A DNA stretch of 24,000 bases from positions 2,398 through 26,397 of the forward strand of contig CADAAU010000018.1 of NCBI GenBank assembly GCA_902786015.1, written 5' to 3'. This document shows, piece after piece, positions 12,626 through 21,656 of the stretch. The DNA comes from an uncultured Coriobacteriaceae bacterium (GTDB lineage: Bacteria > Actinomycetota > Coriobacteriia > Coriobacteriales > Atopobiaceae). The position numbers were made by a program, and so were the translations under genes. Position 1 is the stretch's first letter; the number at the start of each line of letters is the position of its first letter. The notes beneath the pieces are model-generated. The model was not told where the DNA came from, made no database searches, and saw only the letters and a list, made by a program, of their open reading frames with translations.

Positions 12626-15600
12626 ATGAATTTGCGCAAAGCCGAGAACTACAATATTGGCCTTGACCTCGGCACCGCCTCAGTGGGCTGGGCAGTAGTT
12701 GATGATGGTGGTCATCTCTATCACTTCAAAGGTAAGCCGACATGGGGATCGCGATTATTCAGTCAGGCGCTTACTGCGGCTGATCGTCGTGTAAAGCGCG
12801 GCCAGCGTCGGCGCTATGATCGGCGCCGCCAGAGAATCGATGAACTGCAGAGGATCTTTGCACCCGCAATGGAGTCTATCGACGAGGGATTCTTCGTCCG
12901 GCTTAATCAGTCCAGATTGCTCCCAGAGGACAAGGGGTATCGGTGGCCCCTCTTTGGCGAGGGCGAGTTAACCGATCCGGAGTACTATAAACAATTTCCC
13001 ACCATCTATCATTTGAGAAGTTATCTAACCGGAAGCGAGAAGCAAGCTGATTTGCGTCTGATCTATCTCGCAATGCATAACATTGTGAAGTATAGAGGCA
13101 ATTTCCTCTACGAAGATGCAGGTTCTTCGCTTAAAGCCTCAAACGCAAATGCTGGGTCTGCAGCAAAAGAGCTAGTTGCCGCAGTCGAGGAATACCTTGT
13201 TGAAGTCAAAACAAGCTTGCTTACGGCAGAAGACCGGCCCTCCCTTCATTTGGATCCAAAAACCTTTGAGGAACATCTTGATGAGGCTACGCATAAGCGC
13301 TCAGCTGATCGAGCAGCGCTTTTGAATTCGCTACAGCCGGAGAGCAAAGAGGCTAAAGCGTGGGCAAATGTGTTATGCGGCGCGATTTTTGGGTGCAAAG
13401 TGGAATTTGCGAATCTTTTTGAGGGGCTCGAGAAGGGCGAGAAAACGAGCTTCGATTTGCGAGACGAAGAGAAGCCGACACAGTTTGCGGAAGAGGCATG
13501 TCCCGATGATGCGTTAAGGTTGTTCGAGGCAATCCAGAGAGCATACTCCGCGTATGTGTTGTCAGGGATACTGCGAGGGAATACAAGCATTTCACAGGCA
13601 ATGGTGAAATCATACGAACGACATGGAGAAGACCTCCGTACATTGAAGGCCCTCTTTAAGGACTACTTGAGTAAAGACGAGTACGATACGTTTTTTAGAG
13701 GCTCCGTTGACGAGCGTGGTGAGTATGACATCAACAGCTTGCGGAGAGGGACATATACGTCATACGTGAGCGGGGAAAACAAGGCAAACAAGAAGGGCAC
13801 GTCGCACGAGGAATTGCTCAAAGGAATTCAGAAACTTTGCAAGTCTCATAGCAAGATTCTTGAAGATCCTCGGTATCAGACAATTGCTGAGCGAATTGCA
13901 GCTGGTGCCGATGGCGACTTTCTTGCCAAGCAGAAGACTCGTGACAACGGTGCCATACCGTATCAGCTTCATCTGGAGGAACTGGATGCGATTATTAAGC
14001 GCCAAGGTCATTACTATCCGTTTTTAGCCGAGAATCGAGACCTCATAGAGCGGTTAGTGAGTTCTCGCATACCGTACTATGTGGGGCCGCTCTTCTATGG
14101 CAATAGTCCATCATCGCACAAATACGCGTGGTCCGTACGAAAACCAGGCATGGAGAATGAGCGTGCCTATCCATGGAATGTCGATGATGTCATTGATACG
14201 GATAAAACTGCGGAACTCTTTATTCAGAGGATGACGGGGACCTGTAGTTATCTATATGGTGAGCCTGTACTGCCTAAGCGGTCGCTGCTCTATGAGGAAT
14301 TCTGCGTTCTCAACGAACTCAATGGATCGCGATGGGGAGAACATGGCAAGAAGCAGCGCCGATTTGATCATGTTGATAAGGCGGCGATTGTTGAGGATCT
14401 GTTTAAGCGGTATGCGAGCGTGACCTACGGACGTGTGAAAGAATGGCTTATGCACGAGCACGGTATAGTTGATGCTGAGGTCTCTGGCGCACAGGGTGTG
14501 GCGGGATATGAGTCGAAGCTATCTACATACAGGGATTTTTGCAGAATTCTAAATGTGCGGAAGTTGGAAGAGTCGTGTCTGACCTTTGAGGAAATGGAAG
14601 AGATAGTTCTTTGGAATACCGTTTTCGAAGACCGAGACATATTCCGACGAAAGCTAAGGGCGAAGTATGGTCCCGACGGTGATGGTAGGCTTTCCAACGC
14701 CCAGATTCGCAAGCTCGTGAACAAGCGATACACTGGCTGGGGCAGGCTTTCGAAGAAGTTTCTCACAGGCCTTAGGGCTGAGGCTATGGTAACCACTGGT
14801 CATGTGAGCATAATGGATGTGTTGCGTGAAGGAAATCCAGAGGCGCACTTGGATCAGATGGTTTTGATGGAAATCATTTCCGACAAGCGGTTGGGATTCC
14901 AAAAGGCGATTGATAAAGAGAATAAGTCTCGCTTCGAGCAGGTGGGTGCATCATTGGATGTTAGTGATTTGCCTGGGTCGCCTGCTTTACGTCGTTCAGT
15001 GAATCAGGCCGTGCGTATCGTAGACGAGATTGTTCGCATTGCTGGTAAGAAGCCAGAGCGCATTTGCATTGAGGTGACACGTGATGATGACATGGCGAAG
15101 AAGGGCAAGAGAACCACAACGCGATATCGCCAACTAAAAGACGCCCTCAAAGCCTTTAAGTCAGATATCGCGTTGGCGGGTGACTTGGAAGAGCATAAGA
15201 ACGAGCTGGATGACGATCGCCTGCTGCTTTACTTTGAGCAACAGGGTAAATGCATGTATACAGGCGAGCCACTAGATATTAGGCAGCTAAGTACCTACCA
15301 CATTGACCACATCATACCTCAGGCATATATAAAAGATGATAGTCTAAGCAATCGCGTTCTTGTGAAGGGCGCGGCAAATGAGCGAAAGCTCGACTCGCTG
15401 CTGTTGCCCGAGAAGATAATACGCGCGCGAGGACCATGGTGGAAGGCATTGCTCGATGCAGGCCTTATGTCGCGCAAAAAGTACGAGAATTTAACTTGCA
15501 AAAGCTTGGGTGATAGGAAGCTCGAAGGCTTCATTGCGCGTCAGCTTGTGGAAACAAGCCAGATTGTCAAGTTTGTACGGCAATTCTGCGAGCAGCGATA

Positions 15601-16822
15601 TCCAGGTGTAGAGGTCGTGTCCGTTCGCGCCAATACATCGCATGGCATAAGAGATAACCTTGACCTCATCAAGTGCAGGGATCTAAACAATTGCCATCAC
15701 GCACACGACGCGTTCTTGGCTTGTCAAGTTGCAATATTTGTAAATCGCTGCTATCCCTCGTGGCAAAACGGGTTCAATCTTGCGTTGATTCGAAAGTATG
15801 TTAAGTCGTTGGACAGGTCATCGATTGGGAGACGCCTACCAGGGCGTTCTGGCTTCATCGCGGATAGGCTGACGTCGGTGAAACCATTTGTGGACGAAGA
15901 TACTGGTGAGATACTATGGGACGGCAAAGAGCAATGTGCGAACATCGTACGGACGATGGGATACAAAGGCTGCTTTGTATCTCGAATGACAGAGGTAAGT
16001 ACAGGTGCTTTTTGGGATGAGACTGTCTATTCGCCACGTGATGCCAGGAATGGAAAGTCGCTCGCAGTACCTCTAAAGTCGTCGAAGCGCGGGGGGAATG
16101 CCGAAGGATACTTGGATCCAAAGAAGTACGGTGGGGTGAGCAGCGTAAAGCAAGCATATTGGTTTATCTTTGCAGCGAAGAACAAAAGAGGCGTGTATAA
16201 ATACTTCTTCGAAGGGATGCCTATTCATTTAACCGCACATGCAGATGTGGAATTACAGGAATATGCAAACACAATTGCGGCTGAAAAGGGCTGTGGAGAG
16301 GCTGTTATCTTGCGTAAGCGAGTGCCTTTACGCCAGAGAATGGAACTCGACGGTACTCCATATTATCTGTATGGCAGCACTGGCGGACAGAACGAGATAC
16401 GTCCAGCTAATGAGCTGGTGTGCAGTAGGGCGCTGCATCCATTTGTATCGGAGCTCCTCAATAGCAAGGGTGATAATTGCGCTCTTAGTGATGATGAATA
16501 CTCAGAGGTTTACAGCTGGCTCGAGTCTTCTGCAGCGATACTATCGCCAAAGCTAGCTGCGATTATCAATTTGAGTGAACGTATCTCTTCATTCGAATCC
16601 TTGGATGCCAACTCTAAGCGTGAAGTTCTTGTCGCGATAATCAAGAAGCTTAATGGATCGACTCAGACACTGGATGTGAGCAAGATTGGTGGTGCCAAGA
16701 AGGCGGGATTCCTATTAGTTGGTGTGTCAGGCAAATTGTCATCAATTACATGGGTTGACCAATCGGTGACCGGCATGTTCGAGATGCGGACGACGTTTGA
16801 GGACTTGACTCGTGGGCTTTAG
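12626..16822 (+). CDS. cas9: Cas9, type II-A (1398 aa), with all catalytic motifs intact
   Basis: RuvC-I is IGLDLGTASVGWAVV (Asp codon 12665-12667). The Arg-rich bridge helix is RRVKRGQRRRYDRRRQRIDELQ. RuvC-II is ICIEVTRDD. HNH is YHIDHIIPQAYIKDDSLSNRVLVKGAANERK (His codon 15308-15310). RuvC-III is NNCHHAHDAFL (15692-15715). The C-terminal DQSVTGMFEMR matches the SpCas9 HQSITGLYETR. An AAAGGAG SD lies at 12606-12612. Confidence 0.97.
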   Translation: MNLRKAENYNIGLDLGTASVGWAVVDDGGHLYHFKGKPTWGSRLFSQALTAADRRVKRGQRRRYDRRRQRIDELQRIFAPAMESIDEGFFVRLNQSRLLPEDKGYRWPLFGEGELTDPEYYKQFPTIYHLRSYLTGSEKQADLRLIYLAMHNIVKYRGNFLYEDAGSSLKASNANAGSAAKELVAAVEEYLVEVKTSLLTAEDRPSLHLDPKTFEEHLDEATHKRSADRAALLNSLQPESKEAKAWANVLCGAIFGCKVEFANLFEGLEKGEKTSFDLRDEEKPTQFAEEACPDDALRLFEAIQRAYSAYVLSGILRGNTSISQAMVKSYERHGEDLRTLKALFKDYLSKDEYDTFFRGSVDERGEYDINSLRRGTYTSYVSGENKANKKGTSHEELLKGIQKLCKSHSKILEDPRYQTIAERIAAGADGDFLAKQKTRDNGAIPYQLHLEELDAIIKRQGHYYPFLAENRDLIERLVSSRIPYYVGPLFYGNSPSSHKYAWSVRKPGMENERAYPWNVDDVIDTDKTAELFIQRMTGTCSYLYGEPVLPKRSLLYEEFCVLNELNGSRWGEHGKKQRRFDHVDKAAIVEDLFKRYASVTYGRVKEWLMHEHGIVDAEVSGAQGVAGYESKLSTYRDFCRILNVRKLEESCLTFEEMEEIVLWNTVFEDRDIFRRKLRAKYGPDGDGRLSNAQIRKLVNKRYTGWGRLSKKFLTGLRAEAMVTTGHVSIMDVLREGNPEAHLDQMVLMEIISDKRLGFQKAIDKENKSRFEQVGASLDVSDLPGSPALRRSVNQAVRIVDEIVRIAGKKPERICIEVTRDDDMAKKGKRTTTRYRQLKDALKAFKSDIALAGDLEEHKNELDDDRLLLYFEQQGKCMYTGEPLDIRQLSTYHIDHIIPQAYIKDDSLSNRVLVKGAANERKLDSLLLPEKIIRARGPWWKALLDAGLMSRKKYENLTCKSLGDRKLEGFIARQLVETSQIVKFVRQFCEQRYPGVEVVSVRANTSHGIRDNLDLIKCRDLNNCHHAHDAFLACQVAIFVNRCYPSWQNGFNLALIRKYVKSLDRSSIGRRLPGRSGFIADRLTSVKPFVDEDTGEILWDGKEQCANIVRTMGYKGCFVSRMTEVSTGAFWDETVYSPRDARNGKSLAVPLKSSKRGGNAEGYLDPKKYGGVSSVKQAYWFIFAAKNKRGVYKYFFEGMPIHLTAHADVELQEYANTIAAEKGCGEAVILRKRVPLRQRMELDGTPYYLYGSTGGQNEIRPANELVCSRALHPFVSELLNSKGDNCALSDDEYSEVYSWLESSAAILSPKLAAIINLSERISSFESLDANSKREVLVAIIKKLNGSTQTLDVSKIGGAKKAGFLLVGVSGKLSSITWVDQSVTGMFEMRTTFEDLTRGL

Positions 16823-17687
16823 AGCAGTTTGTATAGAGAGCAGATGCAAGTGTTCGTATGCTGGTGGATATCTCGTCGTGACTACGAAAGAAGTTACGAC
16901 GAGGATTCACCTGTCGGAAATTGAATCCGTAACGTTCTGCACCAACAAGGCCTACATCAGCGCATATCTCTTATCAGAACTTGCAAAAGCGAAGATTCCG
17001 GTGGTGTTTGTTGACGAGAAGTATCTTCCTGTTGCGGAGAGTTTGCCTATGCATGGGGCGCATAACAACTCTGCACGTATTGCCGAACAACTTGAGTGGA
17101 GTGTTCCGCAAAAGAAGCGTTTGTGGCAACGGGTTGTAAAGGACAAGATACTGCTGCAATCTAGGATACTGGAGTCATATGGACTGTCTGACGCGGCCGA
17201 TGTGCTCAGGACTTATCGCAAGGACGTGCGGTCCGGTGACCCATCTAATAGAGAGGCTGTTGCCGCGGCGCTTTACTTTAGCGAGTTGTTTGGCAAACCG
17301 TTCAATCGTGATCTTGATTGTCCGCTCAATTATTCCTTGGACTATGGCTACAGCATCGTGTTGTCGAGAGTTGCTCGCGAGATAGCTTCGCGTGGTTACC
17401 TAACTCAGATTGGTATTCACCATAGGGGCAAGCTTAATCCTTGGAACTTGGCCTGCGACTTCATGGAGCCTTTTCGACCGTATATTGATATTGTCATTTC
17501 AAGAACAGATAGAGATCGTTTTGATACTGAGACAAGACGTCAACTTACATCGATAATGAGTGACTATGTAATGTACAAGGATGGTAAGTATAGATTGGGA
17601 AATGTTATTGGCTTGTATGTAAAGGATTGTTTGGAAGTGTTGAGTAAACGTAGAGATATCAATGAAATAGTGTGTTATGAGCTCTGA
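16812..17687 (+). CDS. cas1: Cas1 (type II), GTG start overlapping the cas9 stop by 11 nt
   Basis: The translation MGFRAVCIESRCKCSY...GDPSNREAVAAALYFSELFG...LDYGYSIVLS...ACDFMEPFRPYID is close to the streptococcal type II-A Cas1 layout (MAGWRTV..., DPSNREGHAARIYF, LDYGYT, DIMEPFRP). Confidence 0.95.
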   Translation: MGFRAVCIESRCKCSYAGGYLVVTTKEVTTRIHLSEIESVTFCTNKAYISAYLLSELAKAKIPVVFVDEKYLPVAESLPMHGAHNNSARIAEQLEWSVPQKKRLWQRVVKDKILLQSRILESYGLSDAADVLRTYRKDVRSGDPSNREAVAAALYFSELFGKPFNRDLDCPLNYSLDYGYSIVLSRVAREIASRGYLTQIGIHHRGKLNPWNLACDFMEPFRPYIDIVISRTDRDRFDTETRRQLTSIMSDYVMYKDGKYRLGNVIGLYVKDCLEVLSKRRDINEIVCYEL

Positions 17688-18016
17688 TGAAAACTCGGGT
17701 TAGATATATGCGTCTGATAGTGTTTTTTGACTTGCCCATGGAGACGTTGTCGCAACGTCGCGAGTATAGTCGTTTTAGGAAATGGCTTGTGAAGAATGGC
17801 TACCTAATGCTGCAGAAATCGGTATATGCCAAGCTTGCAATCGATGGGAGGATGGTAACAACGCTCATGCAACGACTAGAGGCCAATAAGCCAAAAGAAG
17901 GCATAGTGCAAGCATTGCAGGTAACGGAAAAACAATATGCTTCGATTCACTGCATTGTGGGAGGATCAGTCATAAGAGAGGAACTGAGTTCGACTGATGC
18001 TCTGGTGGTGCTATGA
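17687..18016 (+). CDS. cas2: Cas2
   Basis: The protein is 109 aa, and RYMRLIVFFDLPMETLSQRREYSRFRKWLVKNGYLMLQKSVY is the Cas2 ferredoxin-fold N-terminus. The start overlaps the cas1 stop (TGATG). Confidence 0.93.
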   Translation: MKTRVRYMRLIVFFDLPMETLSQRREYSRFRKWLVKNGYLMLQKSVYAKLAIDGRMVTTLMQRLEANKPKEGIVQALQVTEKQYASIHCIVGGSVIREELSSTDALVVL

Positions 18017-18696
18017 GACTTGAAATTCTCAGGCTAAATGCGAGGGTTTCAATTAAAGCTGGAGTGCCGTCAACTCTTGAAATCCACGACCGAACGATTT
18101 TCACAAAGGTGTGCCGTTCTCTGATTTCTGAAAGAGGGAGGTATGCGGAAGAGCCATATGTATTGATGACGCGAGATGGGAAGGCGGTGCCGGCTCGAAA
18201 GAGCATGCTTGTTCTTTCTGCGTTGCCAAATCTCCCACTCCGTGATCGAGCGCTAATGTCGAAGTTGTATCAGCATATCGCTCTTCAAGTGGAGCTCGAC
18301 TCCAAGAAATATGAGCTCGTGAATGAGCTGGCACGTCGCCTTAGTGAAGAGCTTGAGCACGTGACGGATGGTATGTGGGGAGATTATTCGTTTGCGGGCG
18401 AGTGGGCAATTGGCGCATACTGTAAGGCGATGAGTTTTTCGCCGGTGACGGATGACTCATATCCGCTCATTGAGAATTGCATAGCATTGCTGGGCCTATG
18501 TGCAGATATCGGTTTTGAGTGCCCAATCGTGATGGTGAATGCAAAGAGTTTTTTGGAAACAGAAGAGCTTGAAGAGCTTTTCGAGCAAGCTTTTTTCTTG
18601 GACAGTAAGTTGCTTCTTTTGGAGTCATGGAAAGACAGCCGTGTTCTAACAAGAGAAGAGAAAACAATTGTTGACCTGCATTTTCTTGTAGAATGA
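18013..18696 (+). CDS. csn2: Csn2 (type II-A signature adaptation protein, 227 aa)
   Basis: It sits between cas2 and the array with an ATGA overlap onto cas2. LEIHDRTIFTKVCRSLIS and IENCIALLGLCADIGFECPIVMVNAKSFLETEELEELFEQAFFLDSKLLLLE parallel S. pyogenes Csn2 (LVLEDVCVFSKIV... and FEKCLEILQIF...LLIFINSGAFLTKDEV...LFLE), compared from memory. Confidence 0.85.
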   Translation: MRLEILRLNARVSIKAGVPSTLEIHDRTIFTKVCRSLISERGRYAEEPYVLMTRDGKAVPARKSMLVLSALPNLPLRDRALMSKLYQHIALQVELDSKKYELVNELARRLSEELEHVTDGMWGDYSFAGEWAIGAYCKAMSFSPVTDDSYPLIENCIALLGLCADIGFECPIVMVNAKSFLETEELEELFEQAFFLDSKLLLLESWKDSRVLTREEKTIVDLHFLVE

Positions 18697-18751
18697 TAGC
18701 TGATGGACCAGTCAATCGACCGCCCTAACGCAGCGGGGTCAAGCGCTAATG
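18697..18751 (+). promoter_or_regulatory. CRISPR leader (only 55 nt between the csn2 stop and the first repeat); the pre-crRNA promoter probably overlaps the csn2 3' end
   Basis: The position is between csn2 and repeat 1. A TAGAAT -10-like hexamer at 18689-18694 overlaps the csn2 stop, and TTGACC lies at 18671-18676, but that spacing is too short. The promoter assignment is therefore tentative. Confidence 0.45.
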
Positions 18752-21100
18752 GTTTTGGCGCAGCGTCGTTTTGACTGGTATTGCAACTTCGGATCTAGCT
18801 TGCACGCCTGTGGCCTTGTTTTGGCGCAGCGTCGTTTTGACTGGTATTGCAACTTGGACTGAGCGGAGCGCAGCGTAGCGAGGGTTTTGGCGCAGCGTCG
18901 TTTTGACTGGTATTGCAACGCAGGAGCATCAATCTCATCAACAGCAGCGTTTTGGCGCAGCGTCGTTTTGACTGGTATTGCAACAAGTAGCGACGGCAAG
19001 AATGGATATGGCAGTTTTGGCGCAGCGTCGTTTTGACTGGTATTGCAACAATAGTACGAAGCGAAGAGGCTCGTCTCGACCTTTACCCTGCTGGTATGGT
19101 TTTGGCGCAGCGTCGTTTTGACTGGTATTGCAACAATAGTACGAAGCGAAGAGAGAGCCGCGAGTTTTGGCGCAGCGTCGTTTTGACTGGTATTGCAACG
19201 GCGCTGACCTCTCTGCCCTGCTCAAGATTGTTTTGGCGCAGCGTCGTTTTGACTGGTATTGCAACCTTTTGCTCGCAGGGGAGACAGAACGCCCCGTTTT
19301 GGCGCAGCGTCGTTTTGACTGGTATTGCAACAAGATGGAGGCCAAGGCCGAGAACGCCATAGTTTTGGCGCAGCGTCGTTTTGACTGGTATTGCAACTCA
19401 AGGTAAACGCTGTTCGCGATGACGTGGTTTTGGCGCAGCGTCGTTTTGACTGGTATTGCAACTCTGTATGGCTCTGTATCTCTACCCCTACGTTTTGGCG
19501 CAGCGTCGTTTTGACTGGTATTGCAACAAAACCCGTTTTGGAATAATGCATAAGCCAGTTTTGGCGCAGCGTCGTTTTGACTGGTATTGCAACTATATAG
19601 CTGGTATTTGCACGACAAGACAAGTTTTGGCGCAGCGTCGTTTTGACTGGTATTGCAACACGTAGTGGTCGTGGCTCCTGACTCTACCGTTTTGGCGCAG
19701 CGTCGTTTTGACTGGTATTGCAACAGGCTCAGAGAGTGAACCACATCTCTCCTGTTTTGGCGCAGCGTCGTTTTGACTGGTATTGCAACCCATGGCATAG
19801 CGCACATGCTAAGGAATGAGTTTTGGCGCAGCGTCGTTTTGACTGGTATTGCAACCATCTTGTCGCTATTGAGGATGAAGGACTTGTTTTGGCGCAGCGT
19901 CGTTTTGACTGGTATTGCAACTTGTCACTGTCAAGGCCGTGGACGATATTGTTTTGGCGCAGCGTCGTTTTGACTGGTATTGCAATAGTCGAGGTGATAG
20001 TCCACCTGCTGAGGTCGTTTTGGCGCAGCGTCGTTTTGACTGGTATTGCAACAGCCGTGATGAACCGCCAGACTCCATAGGCGTTTTGGCGCAGCGTCGT
20101 TTTGACTGGTATTGCAACGGCATCGTAAAAGAGATCCTTACTACACTCGTTTTGGCGCAGCGTCGTTTTGACTGGTATTGCAACTGGCAGGGTAGCGGCA
20201 CTAATTACTCACTTGTTTTGGCGCAGCGTCGTTTTGACTGGTATTGCAACAGCATCCGCCTCGAGGCCATAAGGATCGCGTTTTGGCGCAGCGTCGTTTT
20301 GACTGGTATTGCAACATATCGGAGAGCGTCGTGCCTCCCCTGCTGGTTTTGGCGCAGCGTCGTTTTGACTGGTATTGCAACCGTAGTTCCAGAGTCTCAC
20401 GTGGAAGTCGGTTTTGGCGCAGCGTCGTTTTGACTGGTATTGCAACACATGAAGAGCCTACCGCCGAAGGGGAGAGTTTTGGCGCAGCGTCGTTTTGACT
20501 GGTATTGCAACTCATGCACCCGCCATGAGCGAACCCCCGGGTTTTGGCGCAGCGTCGTTTTGACTGGTATTGCAACTTCGAAACTCGTAGCATCGTCCGC
20601 CTGCAGTTTTGGCGCAGCGTCGTTTTGACTGGTATTGCAACTTATCGCCCAGCACTACGAGAAGAAGTATGGTTTTGGCGCAGCGTCGTTTTGACTGGTA
20701 TTGCAACGAGATGGACGCCGAATCGGACGCTGATGGGTTTTGGCGCAGCGTCGTTTTGACTGGTATTGCAACAATGTAACGTATGACACAGCATCAACCG
20801 GTGTTTTGGCGCAGCGTCGTTTTGACTGGTATTGCAACCTTGGGGTTTGGCCTTGGTTTTGACAAACGGTTTTGGCGCAGCGTCGTTTTGACTGGTATTG
20901 CAACAAAGGAGATTAGAAAATGGCAAGGGCAATGTTTTGGCGCAGCGTCGTTTTGACTGGTATTGCAACATGTTGCTCGACAACTGGGAGAAGTGCATGG
21001 TTTTGGCGCAGCGTCGTTTTGACTGGTATTGCAACCTCACGTTGGCCTTGTTGTTCGCGACTGTGTTTTGGCGCAGCGTCGTTTTGACTGGTTTTAAGGT
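18752..21100 (+). CRISPR. Type II-A CRISPR array of 36 repeats and 35 spacers; repeat GTTTTGGCGCAGCGTCGTTTTGACTGGTATTGCAAC (36 nt)
   Basis: I walked the array repeat by repeat. The first repeat is 18752-18787 and the last is 21065-21100. Of the spacers, 18 are 30 nt, 16 are 29 nt, and spacer 5 (19050-19098) is 49 nt; the lengths sum exactly to the 2349-bp array. Repeat 19 ends in T instead of C (19986). In the terminal repeat, 6 of the last 8 positions are changed (gactggttttaaggt), which places the leader at the csn2 side. The plus orientation also agrees with the minus-strand tracrRNA. Confidence 0.98.
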
Positions 21101-21656
21101 GTTTGATGCGTCGTGATAAGAGCCAAGTTTTGCTGCCTCATTCTTAAAGGAATGGAGTAAATGGATGTCTATGGGATTGCCGTTCTTGTCCGTTGCGAGC
21201 GCAAGATTATTCAGCGCGAGGGCTGAGTCTGATGCGCTCGTGATTGATGCAATGAGTGGTGCGAAGCTTGTGCCCAAAGCCGCAATAATAGTTATAGGAA
21301 TGCTCTTCGCTCGAGTTACGTCCGGATGTCGGTATCTTCCAGATGGAAGTGAAGCTCACGTACTTAATTGGCAAGATTAGATGCCATGAGGTGCCTTCCG
21401 CTATTGGACAACGGACCATTCAAGTGTGGCAGTTCTTTCATTTATCTGGCATGCCGGCGTACGGGGATTGTGCGTGCAGGAATTGATTGAACCATTCATT
21501 GTGGATGTTGGTAAAAGTCGAGATTGGGTGTATACCGCCGAGTTCGAAGGGGAAGTGAACTACGGTTTTGCCTGGTGGATAGTCATGTTGGATCCGTGCT
21601 CACTACATTGCGACAGTCGACGTAGCGTTGCTCCTCGCAGCACAGGTGCGCCTGAC

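Noticed and set aside
18788-21064. Self-targeting: I looked by eye for spacer matches elsewhere in this window
   Set aside because: I noticed none apart from the spacer 5 / spacer 6 shared prefix. A by-eye scan cannot exclude matches, so a computational search of the spacers against the whole genome is needed.
21127-21162. A possible 37th, strongly decayed repeat (gttttgctgcctcattc...), 26 nt after the terminal repeat
   Set aside because: Only the first 6 nt and scattered positions match (about 13/36 by eye). This is indistinguishable from chance in AT-rich sequence.
18739-21277. Many ORFs on both strands across the array, with recurring QYQSKRRCAKT, VLAQRRFDWYCN or FWRSVVLTGIAT peptides (for example 18938..19858, 19915..20433, 20642..21277)
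   Set aside because: They are translations of the 36-nt CRISPR repeat in different frames. The periodic identical peptides every 22 codons are the artefact signature.
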